Shown in pieces: positions 41,940 to 57,039 of a DNA stretch of 64,000 bases. Each line of letters starts with the position of its first letter. The stretch's first letter is position 1. The translations under genes were made by a program, and so were the position numbers. Source of the DNA: the human T2T-CHM13v2.0 reference genome, Homo sapiens; NCBI RefSeq assembly GCF_009914755.1, contig NC_060930.1. One strand, 5' to 3'. The notes below the pieces were generated by a model, which saw nothing but the letters and a program-made list of their open reading frames with translations, did not search any database and had not been told where the DNA came from.

Positions 41940-42840
41940 TTTACCATACATCTAAATATTTATGTTATAAATTATGCAGACCAACTAAGTTCAAAGCTAA
42001 CCAACCAAGTCCAAAATATATCTTTCCTTGACCAATTTACCTCATATTTCCTGGAAAACCATGTTTGAATGTGGACTTCTTGGAGTCTGTACCTCTAGAA
42101 CATGGCACTGGGGGGCCGTGATACTGAATTTTGGTGATTAGGGCATCTTCCCTCCCTAGTTCTACCATGGAAGCCAAATTGGTGAGCATGAGGTGCGGAA
42201 CAGAGTTATGTGCTTATCCCATAACCTGTCTGGTTTTCTAGGTATTCAGACATTGCACTCGCTCAGCACTGCCCTTAACCCAGGTGAGTGGAGCTCTGCC
42301 TTAGGATCCATGTTCCATTCTGGCCTTTCTCTAGCTGCACCATTTCCTTTATCATGAGGAGTCCAAAGGCCTAAGGGGAAGGTGCCCACCCAGGCCTACA
42401 CTCCCTCTCCTAGGCTATGCTCCTGGTTCCCAGAACCATGGCATTCCTTGTCCAAAGAGCTTCAAGCCTGCTAACCAGGAACTGCACAGGCTCTTTCCTA
42501 GATCTGTGTTTTTAAGGGCAGACTGTGCCCTGTTATATGCAGTACCTAGACCCAAGGGGTGGCCAAGGGGTGTCTGTTTGCAGGAGATGTGGACATAGTG
42601 GGCAGAGTGATCCCAGAACATTAAGAGAAGGGAAGACAGGCCAGGGCCTAGTAGCCAGCTTGCTCTCCAGTGCCATGTTCTAGAGGTACAGGCTCCAAGA
42701 AGTCCACATTCAAACATGGTTTTCCAGGAAATATGAGGTAAAGTGGTCAAGGAAAGATATATTTTGGACTTCGTTGGTTAGCTTTGAACTTAGTTGGTCT
42801 GCATAACTTATAACTTATAAATATTTAGATGTATGGTAAA
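41940..42840. repeat. Inverted duplication: arms 41940-42111 and 42667-42840, 555-bp spacer
   Basis: Arms are reverse complements with 4 substitutions and one 2-nt indel by manual alignment. Confidence 0.95.
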
Positions 42841-43273
42841 AGTGTTTCTATTTATATCCTGGCTTGAACTCTACCCCCGTATAGTTAGGAGGGGCATGAG
42901 ATTAGTTCTAGACTTTAATAAAAAGTTGATTACTGAGGAAAAACCATTGAATATTCTTTTTTTGAACCACAGTGGCTGAGAAGGCCAAGTGTTCCAGAAA
43001 GTGTACAATGACAAAGGTGGTACAATCACAGGCTTGAGTCTTTCTGTGTGAAGCATAGTCTTCTGCAAGTCCACAGTGGATGTTTATTGTAAGCAAAAAA
43101 TAAACTGTTTTTGAATGAAGCCACTGAGGTTTGGGGATGGCTTGTTAGCACAACATAATGTTAGCCCATCCTGACTACATAGAAATTGGTACCAGAAGTA
43201 GGATGTTTTAGCAAAAACCTAAAATATATGACCTTGGTTTAGCGGTCAGCAGGTAGCGAGGAAAGTGATCTCA

Positions 43274-43734
<461 letters not shown>

Positions 43735-44036
43735 GGCCGGGTGCGGTGGCTCACGCTTGTAATCCCAGCACTTTGGGAGGCCAAGGCGGGAGGATCATGA
43801 GGTCAGGAGTTCGAGTCCAGCCTGGCCAACACAGTGAAACCCCACCTCTACTAAAAATAGAAAAATTAGCTGGGTGTGGTGGGTGCCTGTAATCCCAGCT
43901 ACTCAGGAGGCTGGGGCAGGAGAATTGCTTGGACCAGGGAGGCAGAGTTTGCAGTGAGCCAAGATCGCGCCACTGCACTCCAGCCTAGGTGACAGAGCTA
44001 GACTCTGTCTGAAAACAAAAAAACAAAAAACAAAAC

Positions 44037-44075
<39 letters not shown>
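43735..44075 (+). mobile_element. AluS (Sg-like) ending in a (CA)n microsatellite
   Basis: ggccgggtgcggtggctcacg...; (CA)n at about 44040-44075. Confidence 0.9.
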
Positions 44076-44078
<3 letters not shown>

Positions 44079-45398
44079 TGACATGTGTATTGGTTATTAT
44101 TGGCTTCATTTGACAAAGTATTTCAAGAAAGAGCTGAGCTTAGAAAAGAACTATCCGGTTTCCAGGAAGTGAAAGGGAGTGAGGAGACGGCAGACATTTC
44201 AGATTTTGCAACTACAAAAACTAACTTCTTCTCCACCCCTACACTAACAGTTAAAGGTAAGACTTTGAAGATCATTAGCCAAGGAAAACTTTTTTTTAAA
44301 AAAACTAAATTGTCTCAGGACAAGGATAGATAATATATCCGTTAAATCTTTTCATGTGGATAAAATGACTGAGAGAATAGATCAGATTAAAAGTAAAGCT
44401 TTCCAATAGAAGCCAGCCAGTCCCAAGATAACTTCCTTTAGGACCAGAAAGACAGCTATGGGAGTGAGAATGCAAATCAATGTAGCAAATCTGAAAACCA
44501 GGACTCATGCATGACAAAAGAAAATTCTAGGGCTGTGTTTACTAGCACACAGAATTGACTGGAGACAAACAGATAAGAAAGCTTCCAAATTTTGGAGAGC
44601 ACTGTGCTGCCGAAAAGAATAAGACTATCAGCTGAAGTCTTAAAACGATCCTTTGGCCCCCAGTACTCTATATGCAGGATAGAAAGGTTTGCTCAGTTCC
44701 CAACTAGGGCAAATTCTCAAATGTTCACTTCATATATGGCTAAGGAAAAAAAAAAAAAAGAAAAGAACTCCCTAGGGGCAAGGCCAGTGCTTCTGAAAAT
44801 GATGAACAAGAAGGTAGAATCAGGGCCTAATCAAGAAGCATTTTACTCTCCAGGTTTTGAAGGATTTCAAAATTGTTATGGACCAGGGACTCCCTAAAGT
44901 ATACTCGTGAAATTTATAACTTACAATGTGGGAAATACTAGGTTTGGATCTGTATTATTTTAATAATCTCAGAAAGGTGTCAGAAAAACGAGGAATTTTC
45001 CTATATATTGTAAATTTTAAGACTTCACAGTGCATGGGATGTCCACATGTTCTGCACTGTGTCATCTGAGAATATGAACATCTTTCCTCCGCTGTTTAAA
45101 AGCAATTTTCTAGATTGCAGTTTTAAACATCTCTGAATGTGACAAGGTATTACCATTAAAGCGTATGACACTGATTTTACACTCTGCAGAAGTGCGGACA
45201 GATTTAACAAGGCAGCCCTACTTCACAGTAGCTCTTGAAATCTCAAGTAGGAACGAAATGAAACTAATGGCATTATAAATACTACTATTATTCGCAAAAA
45301 AATGTATGGAAGATGATGAGAGACAGCAGTGTGACCACTGGAGCAGCTCATATTCGGTCCCAACATTTTATTCCTGCTTGCGTTTCTGGAAAATCCAC

Positions 45399-45535
45399 TG
45401 TTACAGATTCAAATGTGTCCTCAAAATTCAAATGTTGAAAACCCAAACCCTAATGTGACTGTATTTGGAGATACGGCCATCAGGGAGGTAATTAAGGTTA
45501 AATGATGTCTTAAGAGTGGGGCTTTAATCCAATTA
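45399..45535 (+). mobile_element. MLT1B/MST-like LTR 5' fragment
   Basis: aatgtgactgtatttggagata...gtaattaaggttaaatga. Confidence 0.7.
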
Positions 45536-47419
45536 AAATTCTCATTATAATACATGTCAGTTTCTGATGTGTTTGCTCTTAGCAAATTTGCATTAATTTC
45601 AGATTTTCTGAACTCACGGAGGTAATTGGACTATGTCACATCTCTCAGTGATGCCTCTATCTTGTCATCATCTAATGGGAACAATTAAGAGACAATAAGA
45701 TAGAACCATCACAAAGAGCAGGCACCCTGTGCTCAGAATCCAAGTAATCAGAGGTCAAATGCTTGCTGTATTACTTATTAACTGTCTGATATTGGGAAAG
45801 GCTTCATTCTTTCTCAGCCAAAATTTTCTTATTTGTACAAAGGAGATAAAACTATCTATTCTCAGGTTGTTGGAACAATTAAATAAAATGATTCACAACA
45901 AGTGGTCAACACAGAAAATATTCACAATAAAGCAAGGTCCCTTTCAATTTATCCTTAAAGTTAATTAATAAAAAGCTTAAACTTCAGTATTATGCAGATT
46001 ATTTGTATGCACGTATCAAGCTACCCTTTTCATATCATTCAATAAATGATGCATAATTTTTGGCTTTTGTTGTTTTGTTGTTATGGTTTTTTGGGGGTTT
46101 TTTTGCTTTGCTTTGGAAAGGGGATAAATGTTAAACTAATTTGAGGAATAAGTTAAGCCAAGGAAACATGATTCTAAACTACATAATTTAAACAGATTTC
46201 TATACTTTGTATTTAGGTGCGAACCATTTTAGTCAAAGTTTGAAATTATGTTTACCTCCTATAAATATTTGTTGAATAAATTTATGAATGTTTTCTAAGT
46301 TAAATAGCTTTAAAAGCTATACTGTCATAAGATACTCATACCACTTAAAATTCAAACACTATTATAATATATATGCTTATATAAAATGTTTCAAATCTGA
46401 AATATAAGGATTTTTTTTTTCCTGAAGACTAAAGGAAGAAAGATCACCCTTTCTACATGTTTCATAATATATTTTCCAGGGATGAAAGAGAAAATTTAAC
46501 ACTTGATGGGCTCAAATCTTAATTATAAAACAGAGGTTTTTGTTTCAAAGCCCAGTAATAATAAGTATTTCCATAAAATACCTACATTACTGGCTATATT
46601 AATGGTGGCCAGCCATAAAGTTAAAGCAAAGAGAAGAACTGAAATCTAGACCTCTAATCTTTTTTCCAAAAATATCAAGGATAAAGGATGGTCAGGAGCT
46701 CAACCAAAACCAAAAACGGTTTAACCTGGTCACCCTCCCACCATCGTCCACTCTATTTTGTGACCTGCTGAGCCACATCGTGCTTTAAATTTTCTTGATT
46801 TAGGGTCTCATTTTCTCTGAACTGTTATGATCACAATGGTGTCACATAAAGAAGAAACATGGGGTGATTTGAGAGAACTTTAACAAGGTCTGGACATTTC
46901 TCTCACTAGGAAGTAGCTGACCCCATTACTACAGGGCACGCTTCTTATTAGGTGGATCTGGGAGAATCCTATCACAGAGCTGCGATGTCTGCATGTATGA
47001 TTACAAGCAAAAGTTGACCAAGAAGGCTTCAATGAGAAGTAGATGAAATTGAATCAAATGAACGTTTATTAAGCACCTACAAAGCGCTTGTAAACAGAAA
47101 GTATGGCAAAGACTGCCAATTTTCTCTGATATCCATTCTTCCTTTCTTTCTTTGTAATATAATCTCTGAATTTTAAATGGGCACATGACTCCCCAGAATG
47201 AAAACATTTTCCAATGTCCCTTGAAGATAAAGGTTGTCACGTTACTGACAAGATGTAGGCAGAAATGTCATGTGCAAATTCTGGGAATTGTCCTTGAAGC
47301 AGGAGCAGAGTCTTATTTATTCCCTTTTTTTTTTTTTTTTTTCTGACTGAAATACAGACATCATAGCTAGAACTTGGCTAGCCATCTTCGATCATGAGGT
47401 AGACGAACAGAACAAGGAT

Positions 47420-48630
47420 ATAGAACTTAGAGTTCAAAAACAGACACACATACTCAGGCACTTGATTTTCAACAAGGGCACCATGCAATTCAATGGAGGG
47501 AAAGAAAAATTCCTCAAAAGATTCTAGAGCAATTAAATCTCGATCCTGAAAAAAATTAACCTTGACCCTTATCTCACATCATACAGAAATTAATTTGAGA
47601 TAGATGATGGAATGGGTCACAGATCTAAATGTAAAAATAAAATTGATATCTTCATGATTGAGGGATAGACAAAGATTTCTTAAACAGGACAAAAGACAAA
47701 CCACTAAAAACCCGATAAACTGGATTTCATTAAGACACCAAAAGACAGCATTAAAAGATACATAGAAAAGTCATGAAATCATCAAGGAAATGCACATGAA
47801 AACCATGAGACCATGAAGCCATGAGATATCACCTCAAACCCACCAGAGGGCTTAAAGCGAAAAAGACTAATATCAAGTGCTGATGAAAATGTGCACTCCA
47901 ACTACAACTCTATTGCTAGCAAAAGTGTACACATATGCATTCAGTTTTGTAAACTGTTTGGCTCCCCTATGGCCTAACAATTCTAGTCTCAGATTTGTTC
48001 CTTGGCGAAATACTGCAAATGTCCACCAAAAGACTTGTGAATGAGTATTCACAGCAGGTCTATTTGTAAGAACCCAAACTAGAACACACCCACATAGCTA
48101 TTAACAAAATGGATAAACAAATTGTGGTAATGGAGTCCTACTCAGAAAAAATACAAAAAGAACTACCTATTGATAGATGCATCAACACAGATGACTCTAA
48201 AAAATTTACGCTGAATAAAAGCCAGACACAAAAGAGTACATCCTGTTTGGTTATACTTAAAATTCAAGAATAGACAAAACAGGGAGGCTCAGGTGGGAGG
48301 ATCGCTTGAGCCTGGGAGGTTGAGGCTGCTGTGAACTGTCATCCTGTCATCATGCAATCACACTCCAGCCTGGGTGGCAGAGTGAGATACCATCTTGGGG
48401 CGGAGGGGGCTGGCGGGGAAGGAATAGATAAAACTAATCTACAGTGATGGACATCAGAAGAGTGTGATCCATAGGGGAGGTGTTGACCAGGAGGTAAATG
48501 AGAGAATTTTATCCTCGATGGATGTAATATTGTCTAGCTTGCTCTTGAATGTGGTTACACAGGTGTGCGTATGTGTGTGTGTGTATAAACTCATCAAGCT
48601 ATATACTTAAGAATGGCAGATTTCATATGT
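47420..48630 (+). mobile_element. Old L1M ORF2/3' fragment with an embedded Alu right-arm piece (about 48282-48400)
   Basis: cttgattttcaacaagggcacc, gccagacacaaaagagtaca; gggaggctcaggtgggaggatcgcttgagcc. Confidence 0.7.
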
Positions 48631-51600
48631 TTTTCTTCCCCATGTATTTTAGGCCTCAACAGAAGCAGAGAAAAAGTACTTTATGAAAGATAATTAGACT
48701 CTTTTTACCTTATCCATTGCCCAGCAAAGGTTATTAGGCAAATGTAAAATTTTCTACTTAAAATAAAACAAACACCAAGCAAAGTGTGGCTAAACTTTAC
48801 AGTTTTTCTTACCCCCAAATAAGCCAAAATTAGAATATTCAAACCTTATTCATTAGTATCAACAAAAACTTGGAAGGAAAGTCCAAAGAAAATAGGAGTA
48901 CACCAGTTAATCCATAGCAACTATCATGGTCACCAAAGTGAAGATTCTATAGTATATTGGCAATGAAAGCAAAGCTTTCATTGTGTATGTCATTTTCAGT
49001 GTGTGTTTTACCATAAATGCTTCTGTTCATAATTTTATTTAATTATTTCTTCATTTTTAGCACAAGGGCAGTATGGCATAGAAGAAAGAGCAAGAGCTTT
49101 GATTCAGACAAACCAGTTTTGCCACTTACTAACTATATGGTGTTAGGAAAGTTTCCTAATCTCTTTGATACTAAGTTTCTTCACAATTTAAAAGAGATAA
49201 TAATACTTACTTTGCAAAATTGTAGCACAATTATAGTAGGTACTTAGTAGTGGTAGCTATTTGGCAATAGCTCTTTGTATGCAAAGTATCATGTCAGCCA
49301 CTTGAACCCTATCTAAGAACCTGACCATCTGGAAAAGACATTTAGATATAAAGATTGGTGACGAAAGGTAAGAATTTAACAAGGGCTATAGATTATAAAT
49401 TATAGGGTTTCTATGTAGCTAGTAGGGTTGTAGAGTGAGTATTCTCTGAACAGAGCTTGAAAAAAAATGGTTGAAAATTAGTTGGGGAGAAAACATTTAA
49501 GGCAGGGGAAATGGCACAAATAAGAACACAGCTGCAAAAGCAGGAGAGTGAAACCTTTAGGGGCTGATGCGTGGTTAGGACCACCTGTGCCACTGGATTA
49601 GTTTTGAGAAATCGGAGAAGGCCAGTAAAGTAAGTTAGGACCAGACAAAAAAAAGGACCATTGTCATGCTAAGAAGCCAAGAATCTTGTAAGTATTGGGA
49701 TGCCACTAAAGGACTTTTTCAGGGAACTGACCCCAGTGGTCACTACACATGATAGGAAGGGAAGAAAAGTCAATACAGGGAAAAATAGCATAGGGTGACA
49801 AGGGCCTAAACCAAGGTGCTGAGGGGAGTGAAAGAAGCAGGAAGGAAAGATATTAGAAAGTTCAAATTTTTTTCCTGTATTTCAGAATGCAAATGGAAGA
49901 GAAAGTTCAATTTTATTAATTTAAAAAAAATGATCACTGAGTTTCCCTGAATGATATAAATAGGCCTGCCTTCAACTTCAGGATTGATCCTAATTGACCC
50001 CTAAGTTCCTCGAGAGCAAACATAAGCCCCCAAGCCAACAAAACACATTGCCTGGCACATAGAAAGTGCTCAGTACATCATTGGTGAATGACTCTCCAAA
50101 TATTCCAAATATGGAAATCTCCATACACAAATAATACAATGTATTAATGATGCAATATAAAACACGCAGAAAAGCTAAAATCACTTTTCCTTTTTGTTTA
50201 GTGACCATTTTCCACAATATGCCAAGTTCTGAATTTGCTCATGCAAGAGCTATCTCTATCTCCAGCTTATCAAAAGACTCAGATATAAATCGCTCCAGAA
50301 AGTTGGGAATGTTGCCACCTCAGTTGCTAAGCTCTTGTGTAATGTTGTTCTAGGAATCCATCATTCTTTGCTATAGCAAAAGAACAGTCACTTTATGACT
50401 CATGAATATTACATGAAAAAATTAAAACAGTAAATTAAATCCAAATCATGTGAATAAATATGTGTAAGGTTACTTTCGAGTGCAAGATGATTTAGTAATT
50501 AATTTACTTATTATGATAATTTAAATTAAAATAACCTAACACTAAGTAATGAAGAAAAAAACGAGTACTTCCTAGGGCTAAGCACAATTCTTACCCCTTT
50601 TTATGTATTAACTCATTTAATCCTCTCAACAACCTTATATGGTAGACAGTTGTACCTAAATTTAAAGATGAGAAAATTGAGATACAGAGAAGTAACTGCC
50701 CAAGATTATACTACATGGCAGCAGAGGAGCAGAACTAGGAATTGAATGCAAGCAATCTGGCTTCACAGTCCAATAGATTCAGAAAAAATACTTAATAAAA
50801 TCCAATACAATTCATGATATAAAACTCTTAGAGAACTAGAAGAAGAGAACTTTAAATATCCCGCAACAACATCACACTAAGCTTCAGTGCTACAAAAGCA
50901 TTCTTATGTAAGTCAGAAGCAAAATAAGAATGCCCATGATCAGTACCACTATTCTTCATTGTACTGGTTGTCCTAGCCAGTGAAATTAGACATAAACAAA
51001 AGAATAAGAGATTTGAAGATCAGAAGGAAAAGAAAAAAATCATTTCTTGCAAATTATGTATTTATGTAAATGGAAATATAATGTTATTTATGAAGTAGTA
51101 ACTAGCTGGTTAGAAAATAAGAAACTAAGAGAAACTATTCACAGTAGCAACAAAAATCATCAGGATCTAGAAATAAATGTAACAAAATATGTACAAGTCC
51201 TTTATTTATATCATATCATTGAAGGACACAAAAAGGACATGTGAGATAAATGAAAAAATTGAGTATTGCAAATATACCCATTCTTCTCATATTGATCTAT
51301 AAATTCAAAGCCATTTCTATAAAAATCCCAACAGGACTTTTCAAGAAACTTCATAAACAGGTACTAAAACTCATATGGAATGGGAAAGGTCTAAAATTGC
51401 CAAACAATTCAGCAGAAAAACAAAAGAAGGCTTCTGCTCTATGACATATCAAAATCATTAGAGTTATCTTAGGAAGATTTGTTCAGGAAATATGGAGAGC
51501 TAGACATTCTAAAACAAACCTTTTAATACTTGCAAAGTTCTAAGAAATACTGGAAAAACATCCTTTAAAATGTCAGATATTTGTAATTCTTCATGTCATC

Positions 51601-54055
51601 AAACTAAGAAAAGTCATAATCTCAATAGATGCAGAAAAAGCATTTGACAAAATTAAAAATAGAGTATACGTACATATAACTCCTAGCTCTGTCCACAGAG
51701 GGCCAAGAAACAGTATCATCTCAATAGAAGCAAGGACACCTAGCACACAGATTTTGGTTTCTAATACCATCCTCCAATAAAAGGAATCAAGACATTTTGG
51801 AGAAATGGCTGATTCTAAGGTTGGGGAAGGGAAAATACTAAATGAGCCTGGAGCATCTCATAGTGCCAGACAGTAAGGAAATGATAAAAAAATAAAAATA
51901 AAAATTTTTAATGGGGACATTTCAAAAGGACAAAAGTACCAACCTGAAAAAATCCCAATGCCAAAGCTGGAACAATTTAAGCAATATAAAAATGGTATTA
52001 GATAATAGCTCAAAGACTAAATAAATATCCATCAATATACATGGATATAAATAACTGACTCAATAATAAATCAATGGGAAAAAAGGGACCAATCTTTCTT
52101 AGAGAAGAATTTCTATTAATAAATGTAGAAAGAAGGAAGGAAATGGAAAATCACCATTAGAATACCACAATAATAATTGCTGCAGGCAAGATCCATTGAA
52201 CACTAAAATTATTGGACAAAACTTTAAAGAGAAATAGAATATTTGTACTACCTCAAAAATATTTATTAATCACTGTGGTGGTTTTAACATATGACCACAA
52301 ATTATTTGATATCCCTCCCTTCCTTTGACTGTGGACTTTCTCCTAACAAATAGACCATGGAAAGGGGGAAAAAGTAACATTACAATAAGAAACCTTGCCA
52401 GACACCATCTTGCCATGTGATCAAAGTTATCATCAGTTGATGTGGCTATCATATGCTGCCATATGTGATACAATGAGAAGGGCACAACAGCTCTGCGATA
52501 TTCTTCTCTCAAAATCCATAATCTCAGTCTAATTGTGAGAAAACATCAGATAAATCCAAATTGAGATGCATTTTACAAAACACATAACCAGTACTCTTCA
52601 AAAGTGACAAGATATGAAAGACTGAGAAACTGTCACAGATTGGAGTAAACGAGGGAGGCATGAAAACTAAACACCATGTGGTATATGGGGTGGATCCTGA
52701 AATTAAAAAAAAAGAACATTAGAGGGAAAACTGTGGTAATCTGAATAAAGTGTATAGTTTCATTAATACTATTGTGCCAATGTTAATTTCTTAACTTTGG
52801 TACTTTACAAGGGTTATGTAAGATGTTAACATGAGAGGAAGCTGGGTGAAGGGTATACAAAAACACTGCACTATCTTTGCAATTCTTGTAAATTTAAAAT
52901 TATTTCAGAATAAAATGAATTTGAAAATTCAATACTCATTTGCGAAAGCAATTCTCAGTGAACTAGAAACAGAAGAAAATTTCCTCAATCTGGTAAAGAA
53001 CATCTACAAAAAAAGTACAGTAAACATCACCCTTAATAGTGAAATATTGAGGTATTCTCCCCTTAAGATGAGGAAAAGGCAAGGATATCCTTTGTTAATA
53101 CTTCTGTTAAATATTGTTCTAGAGGTCCCAGCCAGTGCAATAAGGTAAGAAAAGGCGAAAAAGAGAATAGAATTGTAAAGGCATATTTAAAACATTTTTT
53201 TTCCAGATGGCATGACAGCACATTAAAAACAAAAACAAAAACAAAAACAAATCTGCATACTGCCAAAACTATAAGTGAATTTAGCAAGCGCACAAAATAC
53301 AAGATCAATATATAAAAATAAATTTTGTTTCCATACACTAGGCAAGATGTTTGGAAAATAAAACTGGGGGAAAAAAAAAACTCCACCACTTACAACAGCA
53401 TCTAAAAAACATTAAATGTCTAGAAATAAATTGAACAATGTGTAAGTCCTCTATACTGAATATACAAAACAATGTTGAAAGTAACTGTAGAAGAACTTAT
53501 GCAATGAAGGGAAAGACTCAATTCTGTTAAAATGTTCACTTTCCCAAAGTTGCTCTGTAGAGTCAATGCAATCCCAATCAAAATTCTGGTAGACTTTTTT
53601 TTTTTTTTTTTTAATGGACATTGACAAGCACATTTGAAAATTTATATGGAAATGTAAAGCACTTAAATAGTCAAAACATTTGTTTAAAAGAACAAAACTG
53701 GAGGGTTTACAATACCATGTCAAGACTTACCATAAACTACAGTAATTAAAAAAGTATGGTACTGATGCAAGAATGGATAATTAGTCCAAGTGGAAAGAAC
53801 AGAGTCCAGAAACAGACCCAAATATATGACCATTCATTTATTAACAAAGTCCCCACGCAATTCAATGGGAAAAGAAAGGTGTTGTTTTTTTCAATAAATG
53901 TGTAGAGTAGATGGATGTCCATATACAAAATAAATCTTGATCCCCCCCTCACACCATACACAAAAATCAACTGGTGATAATCACAGATCCAACAGCTAAA
54001 ACTATAAAGTTTCTGGAGGAAAACAAAGGCAAATGTCTTCAAAATCTTGAGAGTG

Positions 54056-54416
<361 letters not shown>

Positions 54417-54776
54417 CTATCCAGATTATATTAGGAACTAAAAATCATTAACAAAAAGGTAACCTAATTTTTAAAAAATGGGCAAAATATTTCAATAGGC
54501 AGGTGATAAAGGAAATCTAAATAGCTGATTAAGATATTTTAAGATGTTCAACATTATTAGTGTTTATGGAAATGCAACCAACCTACCAAAAACCATCAAT
54601 TCAACTCCTTGGTATATAGCTGAGAGATATATGTCTACCAACGGAAGTTGGAAGAACATTCCTCACAATTCAATTCTTAATGGCCCAACAATGAAAACAA
54701 CTCAAATGTTAATCGACAAGAAAATGAATAAGTAAATTGCTCATATTATATATCCACATAATGTAATACCGTAGAA

Positions 54777-55130
54777 GAGGTGTCAATAAATTTTTTTCTG
54801 TAAATGGCCACGTGGTAAATAGTTTAGGCTTTGTGGGCCATATGGCCTCTATAACAACTACTCAACTCTGCCAAATGGGGATAACTATGTTCCAGTAATT
54901 TTTTTTTTTTTAAGATGGGGTCATCTCACTGTCACCCAGGCTGCAGTGCAGTGGCATGATCGTAGTTCACTGTAAGCTCGAACTCCTGAGCTCAAGAGAT
55001 TCTCCTGCCTCAGCCTCTTGACTGGCTGGAATTATAGACAGGAGCCATGGAACACAGCCCAATAAAATTTTATAAACAGAAACATGCAGTGGGTTGGAAT
55101 TGGCCCACAGGCCATAGTTTGCCAACCCTT
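54777..55130. mobile_element. MER58B-like element containing a minus-strand Alu monomer (54899-55059)
   Basis: ttaggctttgtgggccatatgg...ggccatagtttgccaaccc; monomer flanked by ccagtaattt/ccaataaaattt. Confidence 0.75.
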
Positions 55131-57039
55131 GATACAAAGCAAAAATAAAAAACAAACAAAAATTCTTATACATGCAACATGGATGAATACAATGTGAACA
55201 AAAGAATAAACTGTATGACTCCGTTTATATGAAGTTTAAAAACATTTGAAAATAATACATGGTCATAGAAATCGGGACAGTAGTTGACTGGGGGAAGCGA
55301 GTGGCTCCATTGATAGGAAGGGGCAGAAGGAATGAAAATGTTTTATATGTTTATCTGGGTAGTAATCACAAAGGTATACACATATGTAAATTTCACCAAG
55401 CTACACACTTTTTTTTGTTGTACATAAATTATAGAACTAAAAAACATATGTAGAATTCAACATGGATAAAAAATATATTAAATACATTAAATCTACCTTA
55501 AAAGATGTGGGTGATAGAGTGAGGAAGTCTAACAGAAGTCTAATCATAGCTCCTAAAGAATAGGACAAAAATGTGTGAAAATAAAGAGATAAAAGACAAA
55601 ACTTTCCTGAATTAATGAAACATAAACCTTAGAGACAGGAGATTTTATTCATATATATATATACATTTATATAAATATATTTAATTTTTATATAAACTCT
55701 ACAGTGAGATTATATATAATCTATATATAAAGTGTATGTGTATATATTATATATATACACACACCTACATACATTGCCTCAAAAGTCTGTGAGTACAAAT
55801 TATTCTTGATGATACAAGGAGCAGTTAAAACCATAAAGCAATTCTCGAATTTCAAAGAATTGTTGGCCTTGACACGTATGCTAACTACAGTGCAAATTAG
55901 AAATCAGTAACAAAAGGATAACTCACAAAACCTTCCACATTGGAACTAGACTACTTTCTACAAATCTCTTAGGGGAAGAAAAAATATCACAATGAAAAAA
56001 TCTTAAATTCTTAGAACTGAACAATATACTACATAGAAAGCAGCAGTAAATGAAAATCTGCAGTATTTTCAAATGACAAATAAACCAGGATTAACAGCCT
56101 GGAAATAAGCCCAAACATATCTGGGTACTGTATGTGACAGAAGTGGCACTGCTAATCACTGATATTGGGACAATTACCTTTTCATGTGGGAATCTGAAAA
56201 TTAATTAAGCTTGATCTCATAACATAAAATATATACATCTCAATATATACATGTCTCAGGTAAATTAAAGAACAAAATGTGGACAAAACATAAACTTAAA
56301 AATTCTTAGAAAAATATTCAGAATACATTTCATTAATAGTAGAGTATCTTAAGACAAAAAGCATAAGGATTAATGTCTACAGTTTAATATCTGCAAGTAT
56401 ATAACAAATATTTGTATCCAGAATGTTTTCCAATATAAATTTCTGCAATGATGGAAATATTCTGTTCTATAATGTATAATGTAAAATATATAACATAATA
56501 AAATATAATAAAATATTAAAGTCATATGAGGCTATTGAGCACTAAAAATGTGGCCTGAAAGAACTGAGGAACAGAAATTATTGAGGTAAATACAATATGT
56601 TAGCATTTTAAAACGCTGAAAGTCTGTAAAGTTCTGTGATTTTTATATACTTTTTAGTATTTCGTTTTTCATAACAAAATTTGATTTTAGCTAAAATTAC
56701 TATATAAAATATTCCAGTTGTGTACAAAACATGTAAATGTGACTTTTGGGAAAGCAAACACACCAAATGATGTTTTCTCCTAAATGCTTTTTGAAATATT
56801 ATAAATTAAGTTATAAGAATACATAAAGAATAATTTAATGAATACTGGTATGTCCACCATGGAATTTATGAAATAAAACATTACTGATAAATTCCCTAGG
56901 TACTCCTCCCTGAGCAAGATTTTTTTTTTCTAAAAAGAAGCCAGGAAATAAGAATAACAGACGGAGAGCCCTAGACTCAGGCTTCTTCAGTTTGCAACAC
57001 CCATATTTTAACATATTTGGGGGGAAATGTAACATTCAA

